A DNA stretch of 64,000 bases from Trueperaceae bacterium. GTDB lineage: Bacteria > Deinococcota > Deinococci > Deinococcales > Trueperaceae. Below, one piece after another: positions 1-10,800 of the stretch. Within the stretch, counting starts at the first letter, position 1; each line of letters starts with the position of its first letter. The notes beneath the pieces are model-generated. The model worked only from the letters and a program-made list of their open reading frames with translations, was not told where the DNA came from and did not search any database. The stretch is taken from contig OZ243913.1 in the NCBI GenBank assembly GCA_965213705.1, positions 2,016,001 to 2,080,000 on the forward strand, given 5' to 3'. The translations under genes were made by a program, and so were the position numbers.

Positions 1-1053
<1,053 letters not shown>

Positions 1054-1057
<4 letters not shown>

Positions 1058-2487
1058 GCGGGAACCTCAATGGTTTCAAAATAAAATTTCTCGAGCAAGT
1101 TCCCCACAAGGCGGTTGCGATAAGCGGCAGAGGCGCGCAGGTCGTCGAGCGGTTTGAAAGTAGTCTGCAAGCTCGCTTTTGCCTCTCGCACCGTTTTCTC
1201 GTTCCAGGGCTTGCCGACGAGTGAGGCTTCGACTGCTGTAGCTCGAGCCGGCGTCGCCGCCACACCGCCGTAAGCGAGCCGCGCCTGCACGACGCGGTCG
1301 TCCGCGTTCAAGTCGATGGCGAAGGCCGCCGCGACGATGCTGATGTCGTCGGTGCCCCGCTTGCCGACTTTGTAGGCGTTGCTCAGTCGGCGCACCGCGC
1401 CCTCGGGCAGCGTTTGGGGGATGAGGACGGAGACGATGACCTCCCCCTTCTGCAAGACGGTTTGGCGGTAGCCGGTAAAAAACTTCGCCAGTGGGACAAG
1501 ACGCTCGCTGCCCGCGTTGCGCAGCCGCACTTCGGCGCTAAGGGCCAGCAGCACCGGCGGCAAGTCGCCGATGGGCGAAGCGGTGCCTAAGTTGCCGCCC
1601 AGCGTGGCGCGGTTGCGAACCTGCCGCGCGGCGAACCAGTAGAGCATCGTGTCCAGAGCCGGGAACAGCCCGCGCAGCTTGGTTTCGATGTGGCTGAGCG
1701 GCAGCCCCGCGCCGACCTCTAAAAAGCTCGAGCCCGCTTTGACAACCTTCAACTCTTCTACGTCCTCGAGTGAGATGAGACAGGGAAAGTGCCCCGAGTG
1801 GTGCGACAGCTCGAGGCCCAGGTCGGTGCCGCCGGCTATCAAGACAGCGTCGGGATGGGTTTGCATGAGGCTGAAGACATCGTCTAGGCTCGAGGGGCGG
1901 AAAAAGGCCTCCTCTTCACGTTCAAAGGCTAGGGGCTCGAGCGGAGGCGCGTGTTGCAAAGTCCACAAATGTGGGTCGTCCTCGGCGGGTTCGCCGAGCG
2001 AGCGAGCGGCGCGGCGAATCGGCAGGTAGCCCGTGCAGCGGCACAAGTTGCCCTCGACGACGCTGTCAGTTAAACCAGTATCTCCCAGGGTGCCGTCGTC
2101 CAACTGCCCGCCGTAGTAGCCCGCAAACAGGCTCATCACGAAACCCGGCGTGCAGTAGCCGCACTGCGAGCCGCCCGTGTCGACCATCGCTTGTTGAACT
2201 GGATGCAGCATGTCGCCCGCCACGCCCTCGACCGTCACGACCGCGCGCCCGGCGACCGAACCCAGGGGGAGCAGGCAACTGTTCACCGCCTGGTACTGCG
2301 CCTTCCCCTCAACGTCCGTGCCGACGAGGGCGACGGTGCAAGCGCCGCAGTCGCCGTCGCCGCAGCCCTCTTTGGTGCCGACGCGGCCCGTGGCGCGAAG
2401 GTACTCTAAAAGCGTCGCCGTGGGCGCGGTGTTCCGAGGTGTTTCGGTCTCACCGTTGAGGGTGAAGGTCAAATTAGCTTGCGTCAT
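1054..2487 (-). CDS. xdhA: Xanthine dehydrogenase small subunit (2Fe-2S + FAD)
   Basis: GTKEGCGDGDCGAC, QCGYCTPGF, GNLCRCTGY, AGGTDL, RNRATLGGN; start moved to ATG 2487 behind a TAAACT box. Confidence 0.92.
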
Positions 2488-2608
2488 GAACCAGTTTAGC
2501 ACGGGGGTTTGGGCGGTCGGCAGGCGGAAAGTTACTCGTGAGAGGCTTGTGGCGAGTGGCTTGTAGCTTATAGGTAAAACCACGGGCTACAGGCTACGAG
2601 CCACCGGC

Positions 2609-3712
2609 TCACGGTTCGTTCAGCCGCCCGTGTCGCCGCAAAACCTCCTGCATTCTCTCTGTAGGCAGCGCGTGGACCGTGTTGCCGTCCACACCCGTCA
2701 TCGTTTCTGCCCCGGTGAGGGCGTTCAGGATGGCCTCTTCGGTGGCTTGGACGGACGCCTCGAAAAGCGGGTCCAAGCCGTCGTTCGGGAGCATGGTGAG
2801 GTTTACGGGGCCGGCCCTTGCCGCCGCTCCTGAGTTCGCCGTCGAAAAAGCGAGAAACAGGTCGCCCGAGCTGTTGCCGCCCACGCCGCCGACGCGGGCC
2901 ACTCCGAGCGGGGCGCGTTTGGCGAGGCGCTCGAGCTGGTGAGGCAACAGCGGCGCGTCGGTCGCGACGACGCCGATGATAGAGCCCGTTTCCCGTTGCT
3001 TGGGGCCGAAGTTCAACTCGGGCAAAAGGTCGCTGATTTCACGTCCGACCGGCACCCCGGCGACGGTGAGCTGTGCTCGGAGGCCGTAGTTCGCCTGGAC
3101 GAGCACGCCGACGGTGAAACTTTCGGTGCTGAAATCGACAACTCTCGAGGCCGTACCGATGCCGCCCTTGAAGCCGTGACAAACCATCCCCGTGCCGCCG
3201 CCCACGTTGCCCTCGGCGACGGGGCCGCTTGCGGCGCCGTCCAAGGCCTCGAGCACGTGCGTCTCTTTCACGTGAAAGCCGTTGATGTCGTTCAGCAGGC
3301 CGTCGAAAGTCTCGGCGACGACGGGCAGCAGGAAAAACTGGTCGGCGAAAAAGGGGTCGTACAGCCCCCGCTCGAACTGCCACTTGACAACAGCGTCGCG
3401 TACCACGCCGACGCTGTGGGTGTTGGTGAGGAGAACAGGGCCTTCCAAAAAGCCGGACTCTTGCAGCCAGTGGGTGCCGGTCATCTCGCCGTTGCCGTTC
3501 AGGGCGTAAAAGCCCGCAAAACAAGGGTCGTAGACCTTGCCACGCGGCAAAAGCGCGGTGACGCCCGTGCGCACCGGCCCCACGCCGACGTTGAGCTTGC
3601 CTTCGTCCTCGATAAGCGTGCAGTGGCCGACCTCCACACCGGCAACATCCGTAATGGCGTTGTTCGGGCCGGGTGTGCCGACGAGGGGGACGCCGAGGGC
3701 TCGAGCTTTCAC
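2609..3712 (-). CDS. P1/S58 family peptidase (DmpA-like aminopeptidase)
   Basis: NAITDVAGVEVGH, NGNGEMTG, EGNVGGGTGM, GSII, SSGD motifs. Confidence 0.88.
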   Translation of the reverse strand: MKARALGVPLVGTPGPNNAITDVAGVEVGHCTLIEDEGKLNVGVGPVRTGVTALLPRGKVYDPCFAGFYALNGNGEMTGTHWLQESGFLEGPVLLTNTHSVGVVRDAVVKWQFERGLYDPFFADQFFLLPVVAETFDGLLNDINGFHVKETHVLEALDGAASGPVAEGNVGGGTGMVCHGFKGGIGTASRVVDFSTESFTVGVLVQANYGLRAQLTVAGVPVGREISDLLPELNFGPKQRETGSIIGVVATDAPLLPHQLERLAKRAPLGVARVGGVGGNSSGDLFLAFSTANSGAAARAGPVNLTMLPNDGLDPLFEASVQATEEAILNALTGAETMTGVDGNTVHALPTERMQEVLRRHGRLNEP

Positions 3713-3721
3713 ACCCTCACT

Positions 3722-4816
3722 CTACCGCGTAGGTGCCAGCACCACCGCTTCGGGCAGGGCGACCGTGACCGCGCCGCTCGGCGCGGTGTTTGAACGTTGC
3801 GCCAAACTCAGCACGTCGTCGAAGCGGAGTACCAGGTCTTTGGTGCGCTCGGTAACGAACAAGTTCCGGCCGTCGAAGGCGATGCCCGTCGGGTTGCCCA
3901 GCAGCGTGCTCGGGCCGGTGAGTTGCAGGCGCACTTCGGTAGCGCCGTCCGCCAGGCTGGCGTTCTCGAGAACGAAGATGCTCCCGTCGGAGTCGAAACC
4001 GGGCTGGTCGGCGGTGGTGGCGCGGCCCACGTCCGAGGCGATGAGCAGGTCCCGGTCTGCCACATAAACGAGGTCGTGGGTGTTGGCCGAGACTTGTTCA
4101 CCGTCTAAAACCGGCGTGACGACGCGGTCGGGTCCGTCCCCACCCCGGTCGATGAGGAAGTCGTCGAACACGAGCACGGTGCCGTCGGTGCCGCCGACGA
4201 ACAGCCGGTCGTTCGCGGTGTCGAAAGCGACACCCCAAGGCCGGCGCGCTTCGCCTGCCGAAGTTGTGCCGAGGTCGTCCACGACGAACAGGGGTGCGGC
4301 GTCGCTACCGGCCTGCATGTCGAAAGTTGCCACCTTCGCCCCGGCAAAGTCCGCCACGACGACAACGCCCAACGTGTCCGCCACCGCGAGGTCTTTGGGC
4401 TCGAGCAAGCCCGTCGCCGCCCCGCTGATGAGCCGGTCTCTGGAAGCGTCGAAACTGCCGCCGTCGCGCTCCAAAAACTCGTCAATCACCATGATTCCGC
4501 CGGGAAACGTTTCGTCCGGCCCGTCGTCAAAGGTGATATAAGCGTCGCCCTGCGCGTCGAATTGAAGGTACTCGAGGCTTCGTGGCCCACCCGCGGTGTC
4601 GAACGCGGGGCTCGAGGCCGACATGCTCGGCGGCAACCCGAAAACAAGGCCCTGCGGCGGGTCACTCGGCACCACGGGTACAGGCGGTTTGCTGACCACC
4701 AAGACCTGAGCTTCGACCTGCGCTTCGACCTGTACAACGGCACCCGCAACCAGTGCGAGCGTCATCACTGTGCCTACACACAGCCCAAACCCCGCCCTCT
4801 TGCCGTTTCTTTTCAT
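3722..4816 (-). CDS. Secreted protein with one copy of the putative beta-propeller module found three times in the 7837-11157 lipoprotein
   Basis: N-terminal signal-like helix; shares FDASRDR, DRLFV..TDGTV, SDVG and GP.T.LGNP with 7837-11157. Confidence 0.75.
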   Translation of the reverse strand: MKRNGKRAGFGLCVGTVMTLALVAGAVVQVEAQVEAQVLVVSKPPVPVVPSDPPQGLVFGLPPSMSASSPAFDTAGGPRSLEYLQFDAQGDAYITFDDGPDETFPGGIMVIDEFLERDGGSFDASRDRLISGAATGLLEPKDLAVADTLGVVVVADFAGAKVATFDMQAGSDAAPLFVVDDLGTTSAGEARRPWGVAFDTANDRLFVGGTDGTVLVFDDFLIDRGGDGPDRVVTPVLDGEQVSANTHDLVYVADRDLLIASDVGRATTADQPGFDSDGSIFVLENASLADGATEVRLQLTGPSTLLGNPTGIAFDGRNLFVTERTKDLVLRFDDVLSLAQRSNTAPSGAVTVALPEAVVLAPTR

Positions 4817-4897
4817 TTTCGCACCCCCTTGACAAAAATGACCCCGACTCATCCTAACAAGTTGGAGGTCGGACGGGTTCCGGTCTCGTGCCGGGGG

Positions 4898-5920
4898 TCA
4901 ATCCGAAGGCTTGTAAACGACGGTGACGGACTGCGTTACGGGTTCACCCGTTGCCGTCGTCGCGGTGACCGTGAGCGTGTTTTCGCCTATGTTCAAGCCG
5001 GTGGCGGTAAAGGTGAAGCGGTTGTTGGCAACAGCGATGTCGGTCGGCTCACCGCCGTTGACCCGGTAACGTAAAGCACCGACGCCCTCTTCGAGCGTAC
5101 CGCTGACGATGACGCTGCTCGAGCCGGTTTCACCCCCCTGAACCGGGCTGCTAAGCTCGAGCACGTCGTTCGGCCGCGCCTTGAGCAGCGACACCTTGCT
5201 GAGCGGGTCGGTCGGTTGGGGACTGCCGCCTGCGGGTTCCAAGCTCACGTAAAGGGACGCAAATTCGCTGGAAGATACCTCGAACACCCCGCTGCGGGAC
5301 ACGCCCAACGAGGTGAGTTCTTCACCCCGGTCGGGGTCCCAGTCGCTGTTGGTGTGGCCCCACGCTTGGTAGGTGCGGCCTTGCGGCGCGGCGTCGGCTA
5401 GAACGAACAGCGCTGTCCCTGCGGGCGTCAACAAGACGCTGCCGGGCGACTCGGTGCGACTGCTGCCGATGACGTTCTCGAGAACGACTTTTTGCACCTG
5501 GGGCTGCGCTAGGAAGCTGCTCAGCAACTGCGTTTCGGCCCTGGCCTGCCGGTACGCGTCGTTGCTGCGGACGCCCCAAAAAAGGCTGCCGCCCGTGACG
5601 GCCAAGGCGAGGCAAGCCGCCAGCAGCCACGGGTAAACGGGGCGTGTGGACGCACGTGCGGGTTCGGCCAAGACGGTTACGTTCTCCGGCTCGTCGTCCT
5701 CAAGCTCTTGCGAGAAGCGCACCCGCAACGTTTCCCAAACGCGCTCGGGCGGGCGCGACTGCGGCAGCGCCTCGGTCAGTAGGGCGACGGGAGCGGCCAA
5801 CCGCGCTAATTCCTCGCGGCAGGCGGCGCAGTTTTCTAAGTGAGTTTCTATTTTCCGCACCTCTTCAGGGCTCAGTTCACCCAAAAGGTAGTCCGGCAGC
5901 AGGTCGGTGGGATGCGTCAC
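4898..5920 (-). CDS. Membrane-anchored anti-sigma factor (ZAS zinc motif, RskA-like) with an extra C-terminal Ig-like domain
   Basis: HLENCAAC (HxxxCxxC), one TM helix, YQAW and VSLEPAGGSPQPT motifs; GTG 5920 preceded by GGAGAAG. Confidence 0.85.
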   Translation of the reverse strand: MTHPTDLLPDYLLGELSPEEVRKIETHLENCAACREELARLAAPVALLTEALPQSRPPERVWETLRVRFSQELEDDEPENVTVLAEPARASTRPVYPWLLAACLALAVTGGSLFWGVRSNDAYRQARAETQLLSSFLAQPQVQKVVLENVIGSSRTESPGSVLLTPAGTALFVLADAAPQGRTYQAWGHTNSDWDPDRGEELTSLGVSRSGVFEVSSSEFASLYVSLEPAGGSPQPTDPLSKVSLLKARPNDVLELSSPVQGGETGSSSVIVSGTLEEGVGALRYRVNGGEPTDIAVANNRFTFTATGLNIGENTLTVTATTATGEPVTQSVTVVYKPSD

Positions 5921-5975
5921 GGCTTCTCCATTTTTTTCATCACGACGTTTGGCACAGTGTTGTTCATGGCGTCTT

Positions 5976-6509
5976 TCACAGCGTTTCCCAGTGGTCCCGC
6001 AGTTTGAGAAGTGCTCGGCGCAGTTTGCTCTTGACCGTGCCCAGGGGCAAACCGGTGTGTTCCGAGAGTTGCGCGTGGGTAAAGCCGTCGTAAAAATTTT
6101 GTTCGACCAAGGCTCGCTCGTCGTCGGCGAGGTGAGACAGCAACTTTTCGGCGAGTAAGACGGTCGTGGGGTCGCCGGGGTCGGGCGCGGCAAAGTTTGC
6201 GTGGGGGTCGTACACGTCTCGAGCCTCCGCTTTGAGCGGTCTCGCTCGACGCTTGCGCAGTTTTGACAGGGCCAAGTTGCGTGCGATGGTGTACACGTAA
6301 GCGCGCGGCGACTGACTGAGCGTGTGGTAGCTGTCCGCCCTGTAGAGCTTTAGAAACGTGTCTTGCACGACCTCTTCGGCCTCCTCGTGACTTTTGAGCA
6401 ACCTCAGCGCCAAGGTATAAACTTGCGTACCCAAGCGCTCGTAAAGTTCGGCCAATGCCTGCTCGTCCCCACGCTGTAGCCGCGCCACCAACGATGCTTC
6501 CGGCTCCAT
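5976..6509 (-). CDS. ECF RNA polymerase sigma factor (SigK-like)
   Basis: AEEVVQDTFLKL (region 2), GLPLGTVKSKLRRAL (region 4); directly upstream of the anti-sigma gene. Confidence 0.92.
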   Translation of the reverse strand: MEPEASLVARLQRGDEQALAELYERLGTQVYTLALRLLKSHEEAEEVVQDTFLKLYRADSYHTLSQSPRAYVYTIARNLALSKLRKRRARPLKAEARDVYDPHANFAAPDPGDPTTVLLAEKLLSHLADDERALVEQNFYDGFTHAQLSEHTGLPLGTVKSKLRRALLKLRDHWETL

Positions 6510-6613
6510 TACCCTCTATTCGGAGTGACGTGTTTCCTCATAACGGTACTCCGTCCCCTCGTCAACGTTTTACTTAAGCCAGCCCGAAAATACGGCGTCC
6601 CCAGACTACCGCG

Positions 6614-6970
6614 TTACCTGAACGAGGTGGGGAAAACCTCGTGCCACTGCCGCCTGGACAACTCTCCTTGGCAGAGAACGAACGCCTCGTAGTCCTCTAT
6701 TTGCGCCGTTCCCTTCGAGACCGCGTTTTCGATGCGGCGAACGGTGTCGAGCAACTCTTGGGAGCTGCGCCGCGCGACGCTTGCCGGTGTGGTGTCACTG
6801 GGTGGGTCGTTTTTACCTTCGACTTCGGCGGCTTCGTTTTTTACACCCACTTTTGCACCACCCACTTTTACACTGCCCACTTTTACACTGCCCACTTTTA
6901 CACCAACGCCGCCGGAGTTGGACACCGGGTCGCCCGTTTTGCTTGAGGGGTCGTTCGCAGTTCTACTCAT
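6614..6970 (-). CDS. Hypothetical protein with VKVGS-type tandem repeats
   Basis: GGAGG ribosome-binding site before ATG 6970; upstream ECF-type promoter; 15-bp repeats at about 6850-6905. Confidence 0.6.
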   Translation of the reverse strand: MSRTANDPSSKTGDPVSNSGGVGVKVGSVKVGSVKVGGAKVGVKNEAAEVEGKNDPPSDTTPASVARRSSQELLDTVRRIENAVSKGTAQIEDYEAFVLCQGELSRRQWHEVFPTSFR

Positions 6971-6988
6971 GCCTTGCCTCCACTTTAC

Positions 6989-7016
6989 GAAACGCCCTAC
7001 GGCGCGCTTTGGATGC
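6989..7016 (-). promoter_or_regulatory. Putative ECF promoter GCATCC-N16-CGTTTC
   Basis: Same motif and spacing as 7155-7182 and 7680-7707. Confidence 0.7.
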
Positions 7017-7154
7017 ATTTTGGTTCAACGACCCCGAAAACCGCGCGGCACCCCAAAACGAGACCTGTAAGAAGAGCCGGTGAGAAGGGCTGGTGAGAAG
7101 GACCGGGTGAAAGCGGAGCGACAGCGAACCCTTCCGGCCCGCGTTTGCGACCGT

Positions 7155-7182
7155 GCATCCAAATGTTGCGGGCGCACGTTAC
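7155..7182 (+). promoter_or_regulatory. Putative ECF promoter GCATCC-N16-CGTTAC
   Basis: GCATCC aaatgttgcgggcgca CGTTAC upstream of the 7241 ORF. Confidence 0.7.
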
Positions 7183-7240
7183 TTAGACCGGGAGTGGTGG
7201 GTATGGCTAAGCGTCGAACAGGCGACGAGTTGGGGACGGT

Positions 7241-7471
7241 ATGACTTTTGATACTTTGCGGGGCCGGCTGCAACGGCTCAAAACCTTGGCCGAAGTCGTA
7301 GCTGCGGACGACTACGCGACAACGTTGCGGGAGATTCTTGGAGAGTTGGAGAATGAGCTGGAGGGGGGGCTCGAGCCTTTTTCCTCCGGCAGTGCGCGCG
7401 AGGTCGACCCGGCGCTGCTGGGCAGTTTGCACCGCCGCCTGGTAAAAGCCGGGCGTCCCGGAGGCGCGTAG
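7241..7471 (+). CDS. Small hypothetical helical protein (76 aa)
   Basis: ATG ORF downstream of an ECF-type promoter; amphipathic helical composition. Confidence 0.6.
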   Translation: MTFDTLRGRLQRLKTLAEVVAADDYATTLREILGELENELEGGLEPFSSGSAREVDPALLGSLHRRLVKAGRPGGA

Positions 7472-7498
7472 CCGCGCTGAAGCGTCAGCGTCCTCGGT

Positions 7499-7624
7499 AA
7501 AACCGTGCTGCTGTAAAAAAGCTGTAAAAAACCGTGGTGCTGTAAAAAGTGCCGCCGTGTGAACAGGTCGTCTGTGTAAACAGGTCGCCTGTGTAAACAA
7601 GTTGTCCGTCCAAACAGCGTCGCG
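7499..7624. repeat. Intergenic degenerate tandem repeats: 3x GCTGTAAAAA and 4x 17-bp GTGTAAACAGGTCGYCT-like units
   Basis: Units at 7510/7521/7539 and 7557/7574/7591/7608. Confidence 0.8.
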
Positions 7625-7679
7625 CCAGAAAGCTCGAACACCCGTACGTCAATGCCAAAAGAGCTGCTCTGAGGTCGTT

Positions 7680-7707
7680 GCATCCAAACAACTACCACGC
7701 ACGTTAC
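7680..7707 (+). promoter_or_regulatory. Putative ECF promoter GCATCC-N16-CGTTAC
   Basis: GCATCC aaacaactaccacgca CGTTAC upstream of the large lipoprotein gene. Confidence 0.7.
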
Positions 7708-7836
7708 TAGAAACAGGAAGGGAGAAAGTATCGACCTCGATTATGGACGATACCGCCGAACCGGCTCGAGCCCTGCAACACCGCTGGGTTCTTGACTCGA
7801 AACTCCTATAAAAACAACCAGGGAGGTTGTAAATAC

Positions 7837-10800
7837 ATGACCGATAGTCCAAAGAGACCGAACGCAGCAAGGCTGTGGAGCTTGCTGGTCACGCTGATAC
7901 TTTTGGTCGGCGTGCTCGCGGCCTGCTCCGGCGCACCGACGCCCGGCCCCGACCCCGACGCGCCCGCCATCAACATCACGGGGCCGTCCGAAGAGTCCGT
8001 GGTCAGCCAAGACAACGTGGTGGTGACCGGCGTCCTCAACGACAACGTGACCGCGATGAACTACGCGCTCAACGGCGGCCAAGGGCAAGACGTGGCGTTT
8101 TCGGACAACGAGTACGCCTTTCCCATCACGGGCCTGCTCAACGGTAAAAACGAAATCACCGTCACGGTGAGCAACGCCGACGGCGACACCGTCGTCGTCA
8201 TCATTATCATCATCTTCAACCCGGACGCCGGGGGCGACGTGGCCGACACCTTTTACGTGTCGAACAACGGCCCTCAAAATGCCGGCGAGGTGGACACCTT
8301 CGACGAGGACTTCGACCAGCAAAACACCTTTTTCTCAGGCAACAACGAGGGTGTAGACCTAGACCGTTTCGGCGACCTCTACCACGCGGGCGACGGCGAC
8401 AACGGCCCGAGCATCCGCATCGTTTCGCAGTTCTACCTGCGCGAAGGCGGCTCGTTCGACCCAAGCCAAGACCGCGAAATCAAGGGCGACCAGACCGGCC
8501 TCGTCGCGCCCAAGGGCATCGACCTCGCCGAAGACGAAGGGTTCATCCTCGTCGCCGACTTCGGGGCGGACCCGGGCAGCGACAACCTCAAAATCTTCAA
8601 CACCTCAGACAGCGGCGACGTATCGCCCGTGGGAACGACCAGTTTGGCGGTCAAACCCTGGGACCTGGCCTATGACGGCGAGAGCGACCGGCTGTTCGTC
8701 GCGCTGACCGACGGCACCGTGGCGGTGTTCGACCGCTACTTGCAACAAGGCGACTTCGGCAGTGACGGCCCCGACGCCGTTTTGACCCCGGTCGACCGCC
8801 GTGGCGACAAGATTTCCGACAACCTCCACGGAATCGCTTACGACGCGCTGAAAGACGCGCTCGTCGTGACCGACGTCGGTGACGCAGCCGTAGCTGACGA
8901 CGGCGGCATCTACGTGATTCACGACGCGGGCAAAGCGGGCAAACGGGACGGCAAGGTCATTCCGGGGCGCACGATTTTCGGCCCCGACACCCTGCTCGGC
9001 AACCCGGTGGACATCATCCTGAACGGCGACGAAGCGCGTGTGATGGAAAAGGCTGGGGACAAGCTGCTCGTCTTTGACAACATCTTCTACGGCAAAAGCG
9101 GCGAGGTCGAGCCCGACCTCGCGGTGAACGAAACGAAACCTGAGTCGATTGTGGCCGCGCGAGACGACTACGACGCCAAGCCGGGCCAGCCGAACCCGCC
9201 CGCCGGCGGGTTCGATTCCGACTTCGACCTGAACGTTTACCTGTCCAACAACGGCCCCGACAACGCAGGCGACGTTGACACCTTCGACGAAGCGTTCAAC
9301 CTCAAGGACACCTTTGTCTCGGGCAACAACGAAGGCGTGGACCTGGACGTGTTGGGCAACCTCTACCACGCGGGCGACGGCGACAACGGCCCGAGCATCC
9401 GCATCGTCTCGCAAATTCGCAACCGGGACGACGGCGGCATGTATCAGGACAACGTCGACCGCGAAATCAAAGGCGACAAGACCGGCCTGGTCGCGCCTAA
9501 AGGCTTCGACATCGCCGACGAAGCGGGTTACCTCATCGTCGCGGACTTTGGCGACAAAAACCTCAAGGTCTACGGTAGCGCCGCAGACGGCAACGTCGCG
9601 CCCGTCGCCGTGACGCAGGTGCCGGCGGCAGCTTGGGACGTCGCTTACGACTCCGTGCACGACCGGCTGTTCGCCGCCCTGACCGACGGCACGGTCGGCG
9701 TGTTCGACAGGTACTTGGAGAAAAGCTTCGGCGCGGGCGGCCCCACCAAAATCATCACGCCCGTCGACGACGGCGGTAAAAAAATCTCCACCAACCTCCA
9801 CGGCGTCGCCTACGCGCAAGACCGCAACACCCTCGTCGTGACCGACGTCGGTGACGCAGGTGTTGCCGACGACGGCAGCCTTTACGTGCTGAGCAACGCC
9901 AGCAGGATAAACGGCAAGGTCAAACCCGACCGCGTCGTCCGCGGCCCCGCAACGATGCTTGGCAACCCGGTGGACGTCATCCTGAACGGGGACGAGGCGC
10001 GCATCGCTGAAAAAGCGCGCGACAAGCTGCTGATTTTCGACAAAGTTTTCAGCGGCGACAGCGGCGACGTCGCGCCCGACCTGATGGTGGACGAGCTAAA
10101 ACCCGAATCGCTCGTGGCTGAGGACGCCGCCTTCAGGCTGACCAATCCCGACGTGACCGACGTCGACGACGGCGGCACGATGCTCGACGCCGTCTTTGCG
10201 ACCAGCAACGTGCCCGACGCCGGGACCGACTTCGTGGTCGGGCTCGAGCCCGACCTGTCGGGTCAGACCAGCACCTTCGATACAACCGGCGCGACGGTGA
10301 ACCCCGAAAACATCACCTTCGACCTCTCGGGCGACGCCTACGTCACCTTTGACAACGGCATGACGCCGAGTGAGGGCGGGATTCTGGTTGTTAACCGCTT
10401 GGCGGGTAGCCGTGACGGCGGTAACTTCGACGCCTCACGCGACCGCACCATCCAAGGCGACCAGACCGGCCTCGTCGCGCCGAAAGGCTTAGACGTGGTG
10501 AGTGCGAAGGGCCTCGCCATCGTTGCGGACTTTGGTGACAAGAACGTCAAAGTGTTCAGCACCCAGACCGGCGGCAACGTCGCGCCGCTTTACGTCACCA
10601 ATGACCTTGGCAGTGACACGCGCAGCGTCTGGGACCTCGACTACGACCCCGGCAACGACCGCCTGTTCGTCGCCGCGACCGACGGCACCGTACTCGTCTA
10701 CGACGACTACACGGACGGCGGGGGCGCGAGCGGCCCCACCCGCGTCATCACGCCGACCGTGAACGGCGCAAAAGCGTCGGTCAACCTTCACGGCGTCGTT

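Noticed and set aside
5931..5937. A7 run before the anti-sigma start as a programmed frameshift site
   Set aside because: A GTG with its own ribosome-binding site already gives a complete anti-sigma protein, and the phase is not a canonical slippery heptamer
7499..7624. Possible CRISPR array
   Set aside because: Units are contiguous and only 10-17 bp, with no unique spacers and no cas genes
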